IMG/VR virus record: IMGVR_UViG_3300025124_000022
Coordinates: 1-34,978 of that record
Source of the DNA: a virus
Lineage: Duplodnaviria; Caudoviricetes
Length of the DNA: 34,978 nt
Reading direction: 5' to 3' (one strand)
Shown here: positions 17,365 to 26,243 of the stretch, piece after piece
Numbering within the stretch: position 1 is the first letter of the stretch
How the letters are laid out: each line of letters opens with the position of its first letter
The notes under the pieces: generated by a model
What the model was told of the DNA's origin: nothing
Database searches by the model: none
The model's input: only the letters and a program-made list of their open reading frames with translations
Translations under genes and position numbers: made by a program

Positions 17365-19434
17365 TCACCTCCTATCAAAAAACGGGCATGCCGGATCCTT
17401 TGCCGCAACCATGGCGTTGATTTCCCCGCACAGCATGGTCTCCTCGCCGCAGTGCTCACAGTTGCCGCAAATGGCATTTCCGCCAAGGTCGACTGACTGG
17501 GTACTGATCAGCCCAGCAATGTGCCCGGGCAGGCCCGCAAAGTCGTTCGCGACATTTCCCACCACCGCCCCCGCTGTAGCCGACGAATCACCGCCTTCGG
17601 GGAGAATGAAAGTCGAGGTGCCATAGGCCCGTGCCCACGCCACGTCACACAGCATGTTCGCATAGGCGAAGTGGGGGTCGATCCCGACCTTCATCACCTT
17701 CCGACGCTTCTTGCCGACAATCATCTTTTTCGCGCCTGACCCCTGCTCGGTGGTCGTGACCACCAAGGCGACTTTGGTGAAGTGGAGGAAAGCCATCTCC
17801 TTGAGGATGGCCGACATCCGGCGCGTCCCCTTCTCGACCACCTCTTGAATCAGCCCATCCGGATCGGGGAACAAGCAGGCACCACTGGACAGCCTGGCAA
17901 GGGCCACCTGCATCATCTTGTACTGGTCGATCACCACGGTGTAGCGGTCGCGGTCGTCCTCTGCAATTTTCCGCTTCGCCTTGGTCATCTCGGTATCCCC
18001 CCACCTCACCATTTCCCCTTCGATGTCGGAGTAGGAGGCCAGAAAAACCTTGCCTTTGTGGCGTTTCGCGAACCGTTTGGCGTCGTTGTAATTCGGGAGA
18101 GTTTCGACCACGCAAACCTGAACGCCGTAAGACGCCATCAGCTCGTCGCATCGTGCAAACGGGTCGTCGTCGTAAATAGCCTCGACGTGGATCGTCGCTT
18201 GATGACCATCCGCCAAGCGCTCTTTGATGATGACCACGTTGAACGCGCCCATCTGGTCGATCCCCATGAGCGTCCCCCGGGCTCGGGTCTTCCACACCAC
18301 CCCACGGCGCATCCCTTCAACGGCAGCAGCGTTGAGCATTTCCAGGTTGACGGGAATCTGAGACGGGTCTTGGTAGGGGATCCCGAGCTTGCGGTTGTAG
18401 AAGTTTTGAAGGTCGTCGGCCTTCCTGTAGGACTTGATTATGTCTTCGGCCGAAACGGTAGAAGAAAGCACCTGGGGGAACTGCCACGACGGGAACTCTC
18501 CGTCCGGATTGTGGGCACGCCATTCCCCATTGTTCGTGTCGGGGATGAAGGTCTTGCAGACCTGACATTGGAATTGCCACCCTGGGGGGAAATTTTCGTC
18601 CTGCCTTCCTTCCCCTGTTTGATCGCCGTTGTACTGGATGCAGGCCGGGAACTGCTGGATCAAAACCACGCCGTCGTGGCACCCGCACCTAGCGTGGAAA
18701 TGCCGCTGGTCGCCCATCTTGAACCAGTAGTCGATATCGGCATCCGGCCACATGGCGGTCGATATCAACAACGCTAGCTTTACGATCGATGCCGACATCC
18801 GCTCGACGACCTTTTCGACGTCTGCCGGGGTCATCCCCTGCACCTCGTCGAATGTCACCACGTCCAACGGAAACGACTCGGTCACCATCCGACCGGAGGT
18901 CCACAGGAACAGGAATCGACTTGCACCCATCGTCCTGGTTAGGACGTTTCCCTCCTTTGAGGCCTTACCCCTCCCCCCAGACTCAACCACCAGCTGCTTG
19001 TATGCGTCGGGGATAGTGCGGAGCACCGGCATGAATCGCTCGGAGCTCTTGTAGCCGGCCAGCGACCTGTCGGGGACATAAAGGCCGATCGCCAACGGCA
19101 TCCACTTCAACCCAATGAAGACCGAATAGAGGAGCTCCATAACCGTAAGGCCGGTCTGGGCCCCCTTCATGATAACGTATGTCCCTTTGTGGGCCTCTTC
19201 GATGGTCGATGGGAGAGAAGCGTAGATTTCGCGCAGTGCGGCACGCCCCGCAAAAGTGAACGCCCGGCCGTCGACCTTCAACCCCTTGGTAGCCAGGTCT
19301 TCAACCCACTCCAGAAACGTTGTTTCTGGCGCGATTCCTCCGGATTCTTCCAGCAATGCAAGGGGGGAGATGCGGTCAGACAGCTGGGCAACGAGCTCAT
19401 CTAGGAGGTCAAAACGTTTTGGGTTGAACGCCAT
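17365..19434 (-). CDS. terL: Terminase large subunit, GpA family
   Basis: Walker A KGAQTGLT, Walker B VTFDE, Zn-binding C-x-C/CxxC, FYNRKLG, nuclease GID and DPHF. Confidence 0.92.
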   Translation of the reverse strand: MAFNPKRFDLLDELVAQLSDRISPLALLEESGGIAPETTFLEWVEDLATKGLKVDGRAFTFAGRAALREIYASLPSTIEEAHKGTYVIMKGAQTGLTVMELLYSVFIGLKWMPLAIGLYVPDRSLAGYKSSERFMPVLRTIPDAYKQLVVESGGRGKASKEGNVLTRTMGASRFLFLWTSGRMVTESFPLDVVTFDEVQGMTPADVEKVVERMSASIVKLALLISTAMWPDADIDYWFKMGDQRHFHARCGCHDGVVLIQQFPACIQYNGDQTGEGRQDENFPPGWQFQCQVCKTFIPDTNNGEWRAHNPDGEFPSWQFPQVLSSTVSAEDIIKSYRKADDLQNFYNRKLGIPYQDPSQIPVNLEMLNAAAVEGMRRGVVWKTRARGTLMGIDQMGAFNVVIIKERLADGHQATIHVEAIYDDDPFARCDELMASYGVQVCVVETLPNYNDAKRFAKRHKGKVFLASYSDIEGEMVRWGDTEMTKAKRKIAEDDRDRYTVVIDQYKMMQVALARLSSGACLFPDPDGLIQEVVEKGTRRMSAILKEMAFLHFTKVALVVTTTEQGSGAKKMIVGKKRRKVMKVGIDPHFAYANMLCDVAWARAYGTSTFILPEGGDSSATAGAVVGNVANDFAGLPGHIAGLISTQSVDLGGNAICGNCEHCGEETMLCGEINAMVAAKDPACPFFDRR

Positions 19435-19805
19435 CAGTTTTGCTGGGTGTTTAGCGGGGATGCCACGAGGGACAAAGCGATTCCGTCATCGGTCGGCTCG
19501 ATGCCTGCGTGGAGATCAACAACACCTTGCCGAACCAGCCAATCAAGCACATCAAGAGCGCGCCAAATGCCTGTGCCTGAATAACTCGACCCGAGTGGTC
19601 CAGACAGAGGGCAAAAAAGGCGCACCGTTGAGGTCTCCGGACCAACCCCCTCAAGGGTCATCCTGATGTTACCGTCTCCAGCCAACGCCAATGCGATTGA
19701 TGCCAGCATCTCGTCGTTTGTTATTGCCGCTGCCGGTCTTACAAAAATAGGCCCTTTGCGGTGTCCAGCTTTCTCCTCAACCTTTGGTATATCCGCGCTT
19801 GGCAT
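19434..19805 (-). CDS. Hypothetical protein
   Basis: 123 aa between terS and terL, coupled to the terL start. Confidence 0.55.
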   Translation of the reverse strand: MPSADIPKVEEKAGHRKGPIFVRPAAAITNDEMLASIALALAGDGNIRMTLEGVGPETSTVRLFCPLSGPLGSSYSGTGIWRALDVLDWLVRQGVVDLHAGIEPTDDGIALSLVASPLNTQQN

Positions 19806-20350
19806 TCTGGTGACTCCAGCTCAATTTCTCGGAGGATAATTTCAACCATTTCCCGCTGCTCCTTCACCTCCAGGTACAGCTTTGCTGCGTCCACCCCGGC
19901 GCTCAGTAGTTTCGCCTGAACCGTGACACTCTGAAGGTGGAGCTTGGTGTTTCGGATCCGACCATCGGCGCCCTTTGAGTGCTTGATTGCCTCATCGCTC
20001 TCGCCGATCAACCGGTTTAACCGGCCGATCAGGTCAATCGGCTGGTGGGGGATGATGTCCTCCTCCACAACTTGTCTGGTCTCGCCCTCTTCGCCGCCGA
20101 GTTTGTCCGGCCTCGTCGGGACAACCCCGAGATACTTCGGCTTCCCGCCGGCGCGGTTTCGGGTTGCCATCGCAAATTCGCTGCGAACATCACTTGCCCA
20201 CCGGTATACCGTCCTTTTGTCTACACCTTTCAGGACGTAACGGTCCGTTATTTCGCCGAACGGGGCGTCGGGACCATGGGTCTCGAACCACTTCAAAAGA
20301 TCGGCTTTCCCGGATTTTCTGAGGTCCTTTTTTGACAGGGTGACAGTCAT
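19739..20350 (-). CDS. Putative terminase small subunit
   Basis: HTH-like GVDKRTVYRW, helical C-terminus, upstream of terL. Confidence 0.65.
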   Translation of the reverse strand: MTVTLSKKDLRKSGKADLLKWFETHGPDAPFGEITDRYVLKGVDKRTVYRWASDVRSEFAMATRNRAGGKPKYLGVVPTRPDKLGGEEGETRQVVEEDIIPHQPIDLIGRLNRLIGESDEAIKHSKGADGRIRNTKLHLQSVTVQAKLLSAGVDAAKLYLEVKEQREMVEIILREIELESPECQARIYQRLRRKLDTAKGLFL

Positions 20351-20454
20351 CAATCCACCACTTCAGTCTCTACTGGATGACAGCATTCTGTCCGGGCCGT
20401 CAAATATTTGGCCTCCCCTGACAGTTTTTTTGTCCGCAGCATCGCTGGGGATAC

Positions 20455-20802
20455 TCAGATGGCACATTTCGGCACGATAGACACTTCCGTCACGACGCTA
20501 AATGCGTCAACTGCTGTGGTCTTTTGACACTTAATGCCCGCATCTTTGCCACTGGGTGTCTTGGCCGCGCAAATGCATATATCTGTTACTATTTTTCCCT
20601 TTGTCACCTCCCCACAATTGGAGCATTTGACAAAAATAACCCCCATTTTTTTGCCACTGAGAAGCCTCCCGAGACATTTTTGACAAAGGTGATCCTCTAA
20701 ACGCCATTTCCCATTCCACCTCCCAGGCTTTGGATGAGCAGAGACGCACTGATCTTCCTGACCGTCAGCAGCACCTCGATCGAAAAGTCCGGTCTGTTTC
20801 AT
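20455..20802 (-). CDS. Cys-rich zinc-binding hypothetical protein
   Basis: HLCQKC, CSNC and CIC; last early gene before terS. Confidence 0.75.
   Translation of the reverse strand: MKQTGLFDRGAADGQEDQCVSAHPKPGRWNGKWRLEDHLCQKCLGRLLSGKKMGVIFVKCSNCGEVTKGKIVTDICICAAKTPSGKDAGIKCQKTTAVDAFSVVTEVSIVPKCAI
20481..20496 (-). promoter_or_regulatory. Putative late promoter GTCGTGAC-GGA-AGTGT upstream of terS
   Basis: Same motif, inside the 3' end of the preceding gene, about 130 nt before terS. Confidence 0.45.
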
Positions 20803-21278
20803 TCGGATTCACCCGGGAGGGAAACCGTAGGGGGGAGATCGAGGTATCGAAGCAAAGCGGCCCACGCCTCCTCGCATCCAAAGCAAATCAGCACCTGATT
20901 GCCTAGGGACAGCAAGCTTTCATGGACGGCTTTCTGGTGTGGTAGAACCCGGCCATTTGCTGAATCCTTCATCTCGATGTACAGACTGAGATAGCCGCCA
21001 CGCCCCACGGGCAGGTGATAATCGGGCATTCCCTTCTTCACCCCCATGCGCTTCATGACCTTCCCAGACCCTGTCGTCCTCTTACCCCCATTCCCAATGT
21101 GGTAGAGGAGGTCCAGCTCCGGGTAATCGTCTGGTGATTCTTCCAAGTGTTGGTTGCGCTGCCGGATCAGGGCCTCGCAGGCGAGTTGTTCGCGCCTCGC
21201 GCGTGGACGATCCTCGCCGCCTGGGAGACCACCGAAGCGGTCGAAATAACCAGCCTTGCTCCCGACGGCATCATGCAT
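20799..21278 (-). CDS. VRR-NUC domain nuclease
   Basis: HIGNGG, GVKKGMPD, LYIEMK and Q motifs. Confidence 0.88.
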   Translation of the reverse strand: MHDAVGSKAGYFDRFGGLPGGEDRPRARREQLACEALIRQRNQHLEESPDDYPELDLLYHIGNGGKRTTGSGKVMKRMGVKKGMPDYHLPVGRGGYLSLYIEMKDSANGRVLPHQKAVHESLLSLGNQVLICFGCEEAWAALLRYLDLPPTVSLPGESE

Positions 21279-22086
21279 GGGCGTGCTTTCTGATCAGGTT
21301 GGCAATCTCTCCTGAACTCACGAGGGCTATACCGAACTTGGCCTCGAACGACACGAGATGCTCCGGGGTCACCGAGCGCATCGAGCCGATGCCAAAAATC
21401 TCCTTCACCTTCTCCCGATTCCAGGTGGAGTAGAGCCGCACACACTCGGTGCGAATCACCTGAGGCGTAAGAGGTGGCTGCCCCCTGTTGTTTCGCACCG
21501 CATTGATCGCAGCCTGCCACTTGGCTGGATCGCTGATTGTGTGGATGCCGACGTTTCCGGTGTGGTAGTTGAATTCGAGGGGGAAACACCACAAGTCGGG
21601 CACTTTCAGGCTTGCGCCAGAACCGAGGGTGAGGTCGCGCAAGTGGTGGGGGTGCACCGTGTCCCCGATAACACCGGAGACAAGACACGGCTGGGAAGCG
21701 ACCCATTCGCGGTACTCCCTGCACTCGTCACCACCAGCAAGCCGTTTCCACAGTTCAGGGTTACGCCAGACCTGGGCTCGATCCATGGCGCTGGCAATCG
21801 CACCGCCGAGTTGTGGCCCTACCGATTCTCTGGGGGAATGTGCCTTCGCCTGCCTGCTGCCAGGAGCAGGGGGCGTCACCACCCCCTCTGCAACCCTGGC
21901 CTTGGCTTCGATCACGACAGACTTCCCAGGGTCGGAATCCATGAAGCATTGCCACGCCTCACGGTCGACCTCGAACTCGACGAGATAGATGGGGCCATCC
22001 TTCGTCTTCCGGCTCTTCGGTTTCGGGTTGCGCAAATCTAGGTGGAAGAATTCGCCGGGGAAATCCAAGGGGTTTCGACCGTTCAT
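21271..22086 (-). CDS. DUF968-like (His-Me finger) phage protein
   Basis: YREWVASQPCLVSG, PHHL, KVPDLWCFPL and H...GIH. Confidence 0.7.
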   Translation of the reverse strand: MNGRNPLDFPGEFFHLDLRNPKPKSRKTKDGPIYLVEFEVDREAWQCFMDSDPGKSVVIEAKARVAEGVVTPPAPGSRQAKAHSPRESVGPQLGGAIASAMDRAQVWRNPELWKRLAGGDECREYREWVASQPCLVSGVIGDTVHPHHLRDLTLGSGASLKVPDLWCFPLEFNYHTGNVGIHTISDPAKWQAAINAVRNNRGQPPLTPQVIRTECVRLYSTWNREKVKEIFGIGSMRSVTPEHLVSFEAKFGIALVSSGEIANLIRKHAHA

Positions 22087-22292
22087 GGCCCCACCACCCT
22101 ATTGGGGCACTCGGTGGCGCCGCACCCGTTTTCGTCAACTCCGCCGCAACACGACTCGCACCCAAGAACGACGTGGGGATCGCCAATGGCGGAGCGGAAA
22201 CGGGCTGCAATCTCCTCCCATTCCACGACCAGGATGATGGCAACCGCCACGGCTATCGCTATGAATCCACGGTTTTCGGTCATCATCTTCAC
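22083..22292 (-). CDS. Small membrane-anchored hypothetical protein
   Basis: Hydrophobic N-terminal helix, Cys-rich tail, ATGA coupling. Confidence 0.5.
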   Translation of the reverse strand: MKMMTENRGFIAIAVAVAIILVVEWEEIAARFRSAIGDPHVVLGCESCCGGVDENGCGATECPNRVVGP

Positions 22293-22300
22293 CCCGCATC

Positions 22301-22317
22301 GTTACCCTATGGGTACC
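22301..22317. promoter_or_regulatory. Putative operator GTTACCCTATGGGTACC
   Basis: GGTACC-N5-GGTACC motif, intergenic. Confidence 0.55.
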
Positions 22318-22339
22318 ACCATGGACAAAAAAACACGCT

Positions 22340-22846
22340 TCACGGGCCCACGACGGAGCCATCTCCGTCCCAGGTGAATTCGGGCAATGGGAAGTGGCCG
22401 CAGCAGTGGCAACAAAATGTTCCGGTGAAGAACGACGGATCGCGCGCATAGGTCTCGGCGACAGGCGTGCTCATCGTCGTCAGACCACCGCACTTGCCGT
22501 GGATGTAACTGTACCGCAATGGCCTCAAGAAACCCTTGGCCCTTTCTTCCTCGGAAAGGACAAGGTATCCATTCTGTTGTCCGTTCTCCCTGATTTCTTC
22601 ATAGCCAGGGGTTGGCTCGCTCCCATCCGCCAAACACGTCTTGGGCTTCTCTTTCATCGCTTTGCACTCCTTCTCGGCAGCTTCGAGAACACGTTGCAGG
22701 CGGCCTGCGAATTCGTACTCAACGTGAGACGCCAAACACCCGGGGGTGATTGAGGGGGTAAACCCCGAGTATCGATACCCATCGGCATCGAGATGCTTCG
22801 CGTAGATCCCCAGCTTCCAGTCGTCGATAACCACAAGAGCCTTCAT
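22340..22846 (-). CDS. Phage hypothetical protein, possibly two in-frame modules
   Basis: YLVLSEEERAKGF.RP, ETYARDP and FCCHC in the C-terminal half; internal SD and ATG at 22657. Confidence 0.75.
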   Translation of the reverse strand: MKALVVIDDWKLGIYAKHLDADGYRYSGFTPSITPGCLASHVEYEFAGRLQRVLEAAEKECKAMKEKPKTCLADGSEPTPGYEEIRENGQQNGYLVLSEEERAKGFLRPLRYSYIHGKCGGLTTMSTPVAETYARDPSFFTGTFCCHCCGHFPLPEFTWDGDGSVVGP

Positions 22847-22881
22847 TTCAGACCTAATTTGTTGTAAGGAGCCAGCAGACC

Positions 22882-23076
22882 TCAGTCCCAGCACTCATTT
22901 GGTGTCGACCGACATCCTGGGTACCCCCACTGGGCGAAGTTCTCCCGGTCCTTCGGCTCCAGGCACGACAGAAACTGTTGCAGCTCTACCGCAACCTCTT
23001 CGTCGGTCATGCCGTCGAGATTTCGACAGTTGTCGACCGCCTGGACAATCTGTCGGCAAAACTCAGCTTTGTTCAT
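22882..23076 (-). CDS. Hypothetical protein
   Basis: 64 aa from MNKAEF, G-rich SD, overlaps the end of the P-like gene. Confidence 0.55.
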   Translation of the reverse strand: MNKAEFCRQIVQAVDNCRNLDGMTDEEVAVELQQFLSCLEPKDRENFAQWGYPGCRSTPNECWD

Positions 23077-23806
23077 CACCCCCCCCTTTCGTTTTACCGA
23101 TGTTTTTTTCCCTCCACGCCCGAAACCTCGCAGCAAGATGCTTTCGCTCTTCCTGGCTCAATTCCGGCGCCTTCTCGGGGGAAAACCCGATGGCTGGAGG
23201 GATCGTCACTGCAACCTCTTCGCCGCGGCAGACCCTATCGATCACGACGTCCCACACGCGACCCCAAACAGCCCTGCTCCCCTCCTCTGAAATTTCCAGC
23301 CACCGCGGTTCCTGCTCGAAGGACAATTCTCTGACCACATCAATGACCGGGTGTCGCCCTTCTTTCCGAGGCTTCATCGCCTCATAGTACGCCGTCCACT
23401 TTTGGGGAAGGCCGAGATCCTCGGGGCGAGGACGACACAGGCGCAAGAACTCTTCGACGCCATCCGGTGGCCACGTCTTCCCACTGGAGAGGAGGTTTTT
23501 CACGCCTCTCTCGAACTGTGCTCGGGTTATTCCGCTCGCCTGGATGGCGGCCGACCAAGTGGCCATTACCTTGGCGGTGATGTCGTTTCCACCGAGACGC
23601 AAGGACTGGCTGAATTTACGCCCGTAAAACGACGTGAGAGTGGTAAAAAGCGCCCCGACGTCGCGGTCTCCAAGAGGAGGGGTGGGATCGTCATCATCCG
23701 ACGACCTCTCCGTCGACGATTTCACCATCATCGTCGCCAAGGAATCTGCTGAGATCCTGACCACTTGTGGCTCCAGGAGAGCCCCGATACGCGCCATTTG
23801 CTGCAT
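23063..23806 (-). CDS. Lambda P-like replication protein (helicase loader)
   Basis: WSAAIQASGITRAQFERGV...WPP...EFLRLCRP; downstream of the O-like gene. Confidence 0.75.
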   Translation of the reverse strand: MQQMARIGALLEPQVVRISADSLATMMVKSSTERSSDDDDPTPPLGDRDVGALFTTLTSFYGRKFSQSLRLGGNDITAKVMATWSAAIQASGITRAQFERGVKNLLSSGKTWPPDGVEEFLRLCRPRPEDLGLPQKWTAYYEAMKPRKEGRHPVIDVVRELSFEQEPRWLEISEEGSRAVWGRVWDVVIDRVCRGEEVAVTIPPAIGFSPEKAPELSQEERKHLAARFRAWREKNIGKTKGGGDEQS

Positions 23807-24773
23807 GCTTTCCCTCCACGGATGGTTCGTCATCAAAGCGTCGTTGGTTGAGCCACAACGCCGCATAGGGGGGGGTCGAGCCCCTGGCGAGGAGAGCGGG
23901 GCGCCGGGCAGCTTCAATCTTGGCTCCCTCGGTCGCCCTCTTGGCCACGCCAGTCGTTTTGACGTTTTCCGCCCAGGCAGCGATTGCGCCGGCAAGGCCA
24001 TGTTTGAGGTCGAAGGCCGCCCAGAACCTGGCGAACGCCCACGCCGACAATCCAGTGACCTTCACCTCCCGGCGTTTCTTCCCGCCGACGATCCCGATCA
24101 ACGCTGCCGACTCAGGGATTTCGTCTCGCTGGCGACCGAGCAAAAACCGGAGCCAATAGCGATTATCCTTCCCTTCCTCGCCGTCTTCGTCGTCTTCGAG
24201 GTCGTGTGGCCTCGAATCTTGTTCGAGGCGAATTTTCTGTTCGGAGCTACTAACACCTTCCCCTACTGGGGTACCTTCTTGTTGAGTGTTCTCCTTGTTA
24301 TATAGAGCGTGCGGATTTTCAGGTTCTAGCGTTTCTTTTAGCGTTGTATTTATCGTTTCGTCGCGTTGATCTTGGCTTTGATAAGACTCATAGTTACAAA
24401 CACTTAGGACTGTTATAGTGCGTGCGGCAGAGCGTGCCGAGGTGCGTGCAAGCGAGCGTGCGACGAGCGTGCGGCCATCAAAATCGAAAATTTCGAGCAT
24501 TCCCTCGCTTACGAGGGACGCAAGAAACCCCTGAACCTTTGAGCTCGACCACCCCCAGGCGTCCATTAAGTCTCGTACCGAGATGGGCAGTTGCCCCCTC
24601 CTAAGAGGCACAGAAACACCTCTGATTTGCCGGGTGCAGTCGCCCCAAACCGCGCTGAGCAGGAGATCTATCCAAGCCTGACCACGACTGTAGGGTTTCT
24701 CATCCCACAGCCAATTCCGGCGCAGTTCCCGGTGGAGACAAATCCACCCTGACGATGGGGCACCGTTGAGCAT
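23694..24773 (-). CDS. Phage replication initiator (O-like)
   Basis: GWICLHR...AWIDLLL...RGQ...LMDAWGWS wHTH; C-terminal FARFWAAF...WLNQRRFDDE; internal iterons. Confidence 0.85.
   Translation of the reverse strand: MLNGAPSSGWICLHRELRRNWLWDEKPYSRGQAWIDLLLSAVWGDCTRQIRGVSVPLRRGQLPISVRDLMDAWGWSSSKVQGFLASLVSEGMLEIFDFDGRTLVARSLARTSARSAARTITVLSVCNYESYQSQDQRDETINTTLKETLEPENPHALYNKENTQQEGTPVGEGVSSSEQKIRLEQDSRPHDLEDDEDGEEGKDNRYWLRFLLGRQRDEIPESAALIGIVGGKKRREVKVTGLSAWAFARFWAAFDLKHGLAGAIAAWAENVKTTGVAKRATEGAKIEAARRPALLARGSTPPYAALWLNQRRFDDEPSVEGKHAANGAYRGSPGATSGQDLSRFLGDDDGEIVDGEVVG
24285..24472. repeat. Putative replication origin: GWGCGTGC iterons plus AT-rich tract
   Basis: Copies at 24418, 24430, 24442, 24454, 24465 and 24305, flanking an AT-rich stretch inside the initiator gene. 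Confidence 0.7.
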
Positions 24774-25324
24774 CAGTTGCCGTCGACGTTTCCGTTGCTC
24801 AATGCCGCCTGGATGAATCCGGCAAGATCATCCGAATGGGCGCCATATCGAGACGCAACCTCGCTGAACTCCTCAATGGAATGGGGCTGAATTGCCCACA
24901 CTGGATCCCCTTCCTCGGTGAATCGCTCTTCACCGTCGGAATTGATGGCCTGTGCCATGTGGCAGGTCTCGTGGAAAATCAGGATCTCTCTTTGCCGGTC
25001 GGATGCCGCAGACCACCAGTAATGGTCAATCGTCACCAAGTAGTCAGGGACTCGGCCGTAGATGTTCGCCAGCGCCCATGCGAAGACGCCTTTCAACTTG
25101 CCCTGAACCGTCGGAAGGTGGACCGTGGCAAGCGTTGCGATGCCTTGCCTGATCTCGGCGCGGTGGTCGAAGAGGAAGACTACGAAGGGGGGAGGAAGAT
25201 CGAGCCTTTTAGCGTGCTCAGGCAGTGCCAAGACGCGCTCGAAATAGGGGTATGGATCGTTCTTGGGATCCAGAGATGGGTCGGGGATTGAATACCGACC
25301 GTTTCCGTCGTCAACTTGCTGCAT
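24773..25324 (-). CDS. Putative phage metallopeptidase-family protein
   Basis: PDYLVTID...ILIFHETCH...HSIEEF.EV..RYG. Confidence 0.85.
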   Translation of the reverse strand: MQQVDDGNGRYSIPDPSLDPKNDPYPYFERVLALPEHAKRLDLPPPFVVFLFDHRAEIRQGIATLATVHLPTVQGKLKGVFAWALANIYGRVPDYLVTIDHYWWSAASDRQREILIFHETCHMAQAINSDGEERFTEEGDPVWAIQPHSIEEFSEVASRYGAHSDDLAGFIQAALSNGNVDGN

Positions 25325-25841
25325 CTGGGGCTCTCCAGGGTGTACTCGGGGCCTTTGCGACCCTCTTTGCTCCAGAGCGAAAAGCTCTTATGACCGCTTC
25401 GACCGCATCTCTGGCGAAGTAACTGACCTCACGGCAGGTGCGTCCGTCGGTTGTGTATAATTGGTATTCTGTAAGTAGCTTTGCCTCCCCAGGGACATGG
25501 CCACGCCGGTTAAATCCCCGTCGTGCATCCAAATCGCGGTTGTAACAATTTATGCAAAACGCATTCAGTAGCAGTCGCCCGGACGCCGTTTTCCCGCAGC
25601 GAATGCAATTTCTCTGTGGCAGGTGAACGGTCGATATTTTGGTATCAACGCCAGCCCGGGCAGCGCCATCCGAGCAACCAAAGCAGCGGTGCCACGGGAT
25701 CGTCACCTCGGTCGTCGGATTCTTCGAGGCGATGCCCCACCAGTTGGCACACCTGTTCGGCAGGATCCGTAGGTCAGGAGCCTTGGCGCATGTGATCAGT
25801 GTCAGATTGCTTGTGTTGCTGTCCTTCTCCTCTTTTCGCAT
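25311..25841 (-). CDS. Cys-rich zinc-finger hypothetical protein
   Basis: CFGC, CIRC and CINCYNR. Confidence 0.7.
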   Translation of the reverse strand: MRKEEKDSNTSNLTLITCAKAPDLRILPNRCANWWGIASKNPTTEVTIPWHRCFGCSDGAARAGVDTKISTVHLPQRNCIRCGKTASGRLLLNAFCINCYNRDLDARRGFNRRGHVPGEAKLLTEYQLYTTDGRTCREVSYFARDAVEAVIRAFRSGAKRVAKAPSTPWRAPDAAS

Positions 25842-26115
25842 TTTCGCCACCCGTGAACCCGAAGTTCCTTCGAACGTCCTCAACAGACATGTTGAGCTGG
25901 TTATGACGCCGGAAATGCGAACAAATAACCTCGGCGAGATCCTCCGACACAGGAGCGGCACGGATCCCAAGCAGGGCGTGCCGGATGTACGTCTTCGACA
26001 CGCCAGCATCGTTGCCGCGCCCCAGACCCGCTCGTTTTGCGTCGCGGCTGATCATGGTTACCGCGTCATTCCTCCCAGCCGTGGTGAGGGCGAGGTATGC
26101 GGTACGTAACTCCAT
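25774..26115 (-). CDS. Cro-like early regulator
   Basis: First gene of the leftward early operon, divergent from the repressor; HTH-like GVSKTYIRHAL; good SD. Confidence 0.6.
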   Translation of the reverse strand: MELRTAYLALTTAGRNDAVTMISRDAKRAGLGRGNDAGVSKTYIRHALLGIRAAPVSEDLAEVICSHFRRHNQLNMSVEDVRRNFGFTGGENAKRGEGQQHKQSDTDHMRQGS

Positions 26116-26139
26116 AGGTGTTTCCCCCTTGTTGCGCAC

Positions 26140-26224
26140 TGGTACTAGATTGGTACCAATCTAGCAGGGAATCCGTCGGCGCGGAAGCGGGATTAGTTGA
26201 GTTTCTGGTATCTTTTGGGTACCA
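26140..26224. promoter_or_regulatory. Immunity operator region
   Basis: Perfect 20-bp palindrome CTAGATTGGTACCAATCTAG (26145-26164); motif copies at 26141-26157 and 26207-26223. Confidence 0.75.
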
Positions 26225-26243
26225 ATAAGCTACATCAACTCAC

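Noticed and set aside
17753-17760. GTCGTGAC inside terL (also GTCACGAC at 32851)
   Set aside because: Intragenic and lacking the AnnnT element at the conserved spacing.
2808-19434. Many long alternative-frame and antisense ORFs (e.g. 5876-6859, 17782-18777, 12420-13157)
   Set aside because: Expected in GC-rich coding DNA; no motifs or SD, and they overlap well-supported genes.
24270-24275. GGTACC in the initiator gene as an operator
   Set aside because: No second half-site 11 bp away.
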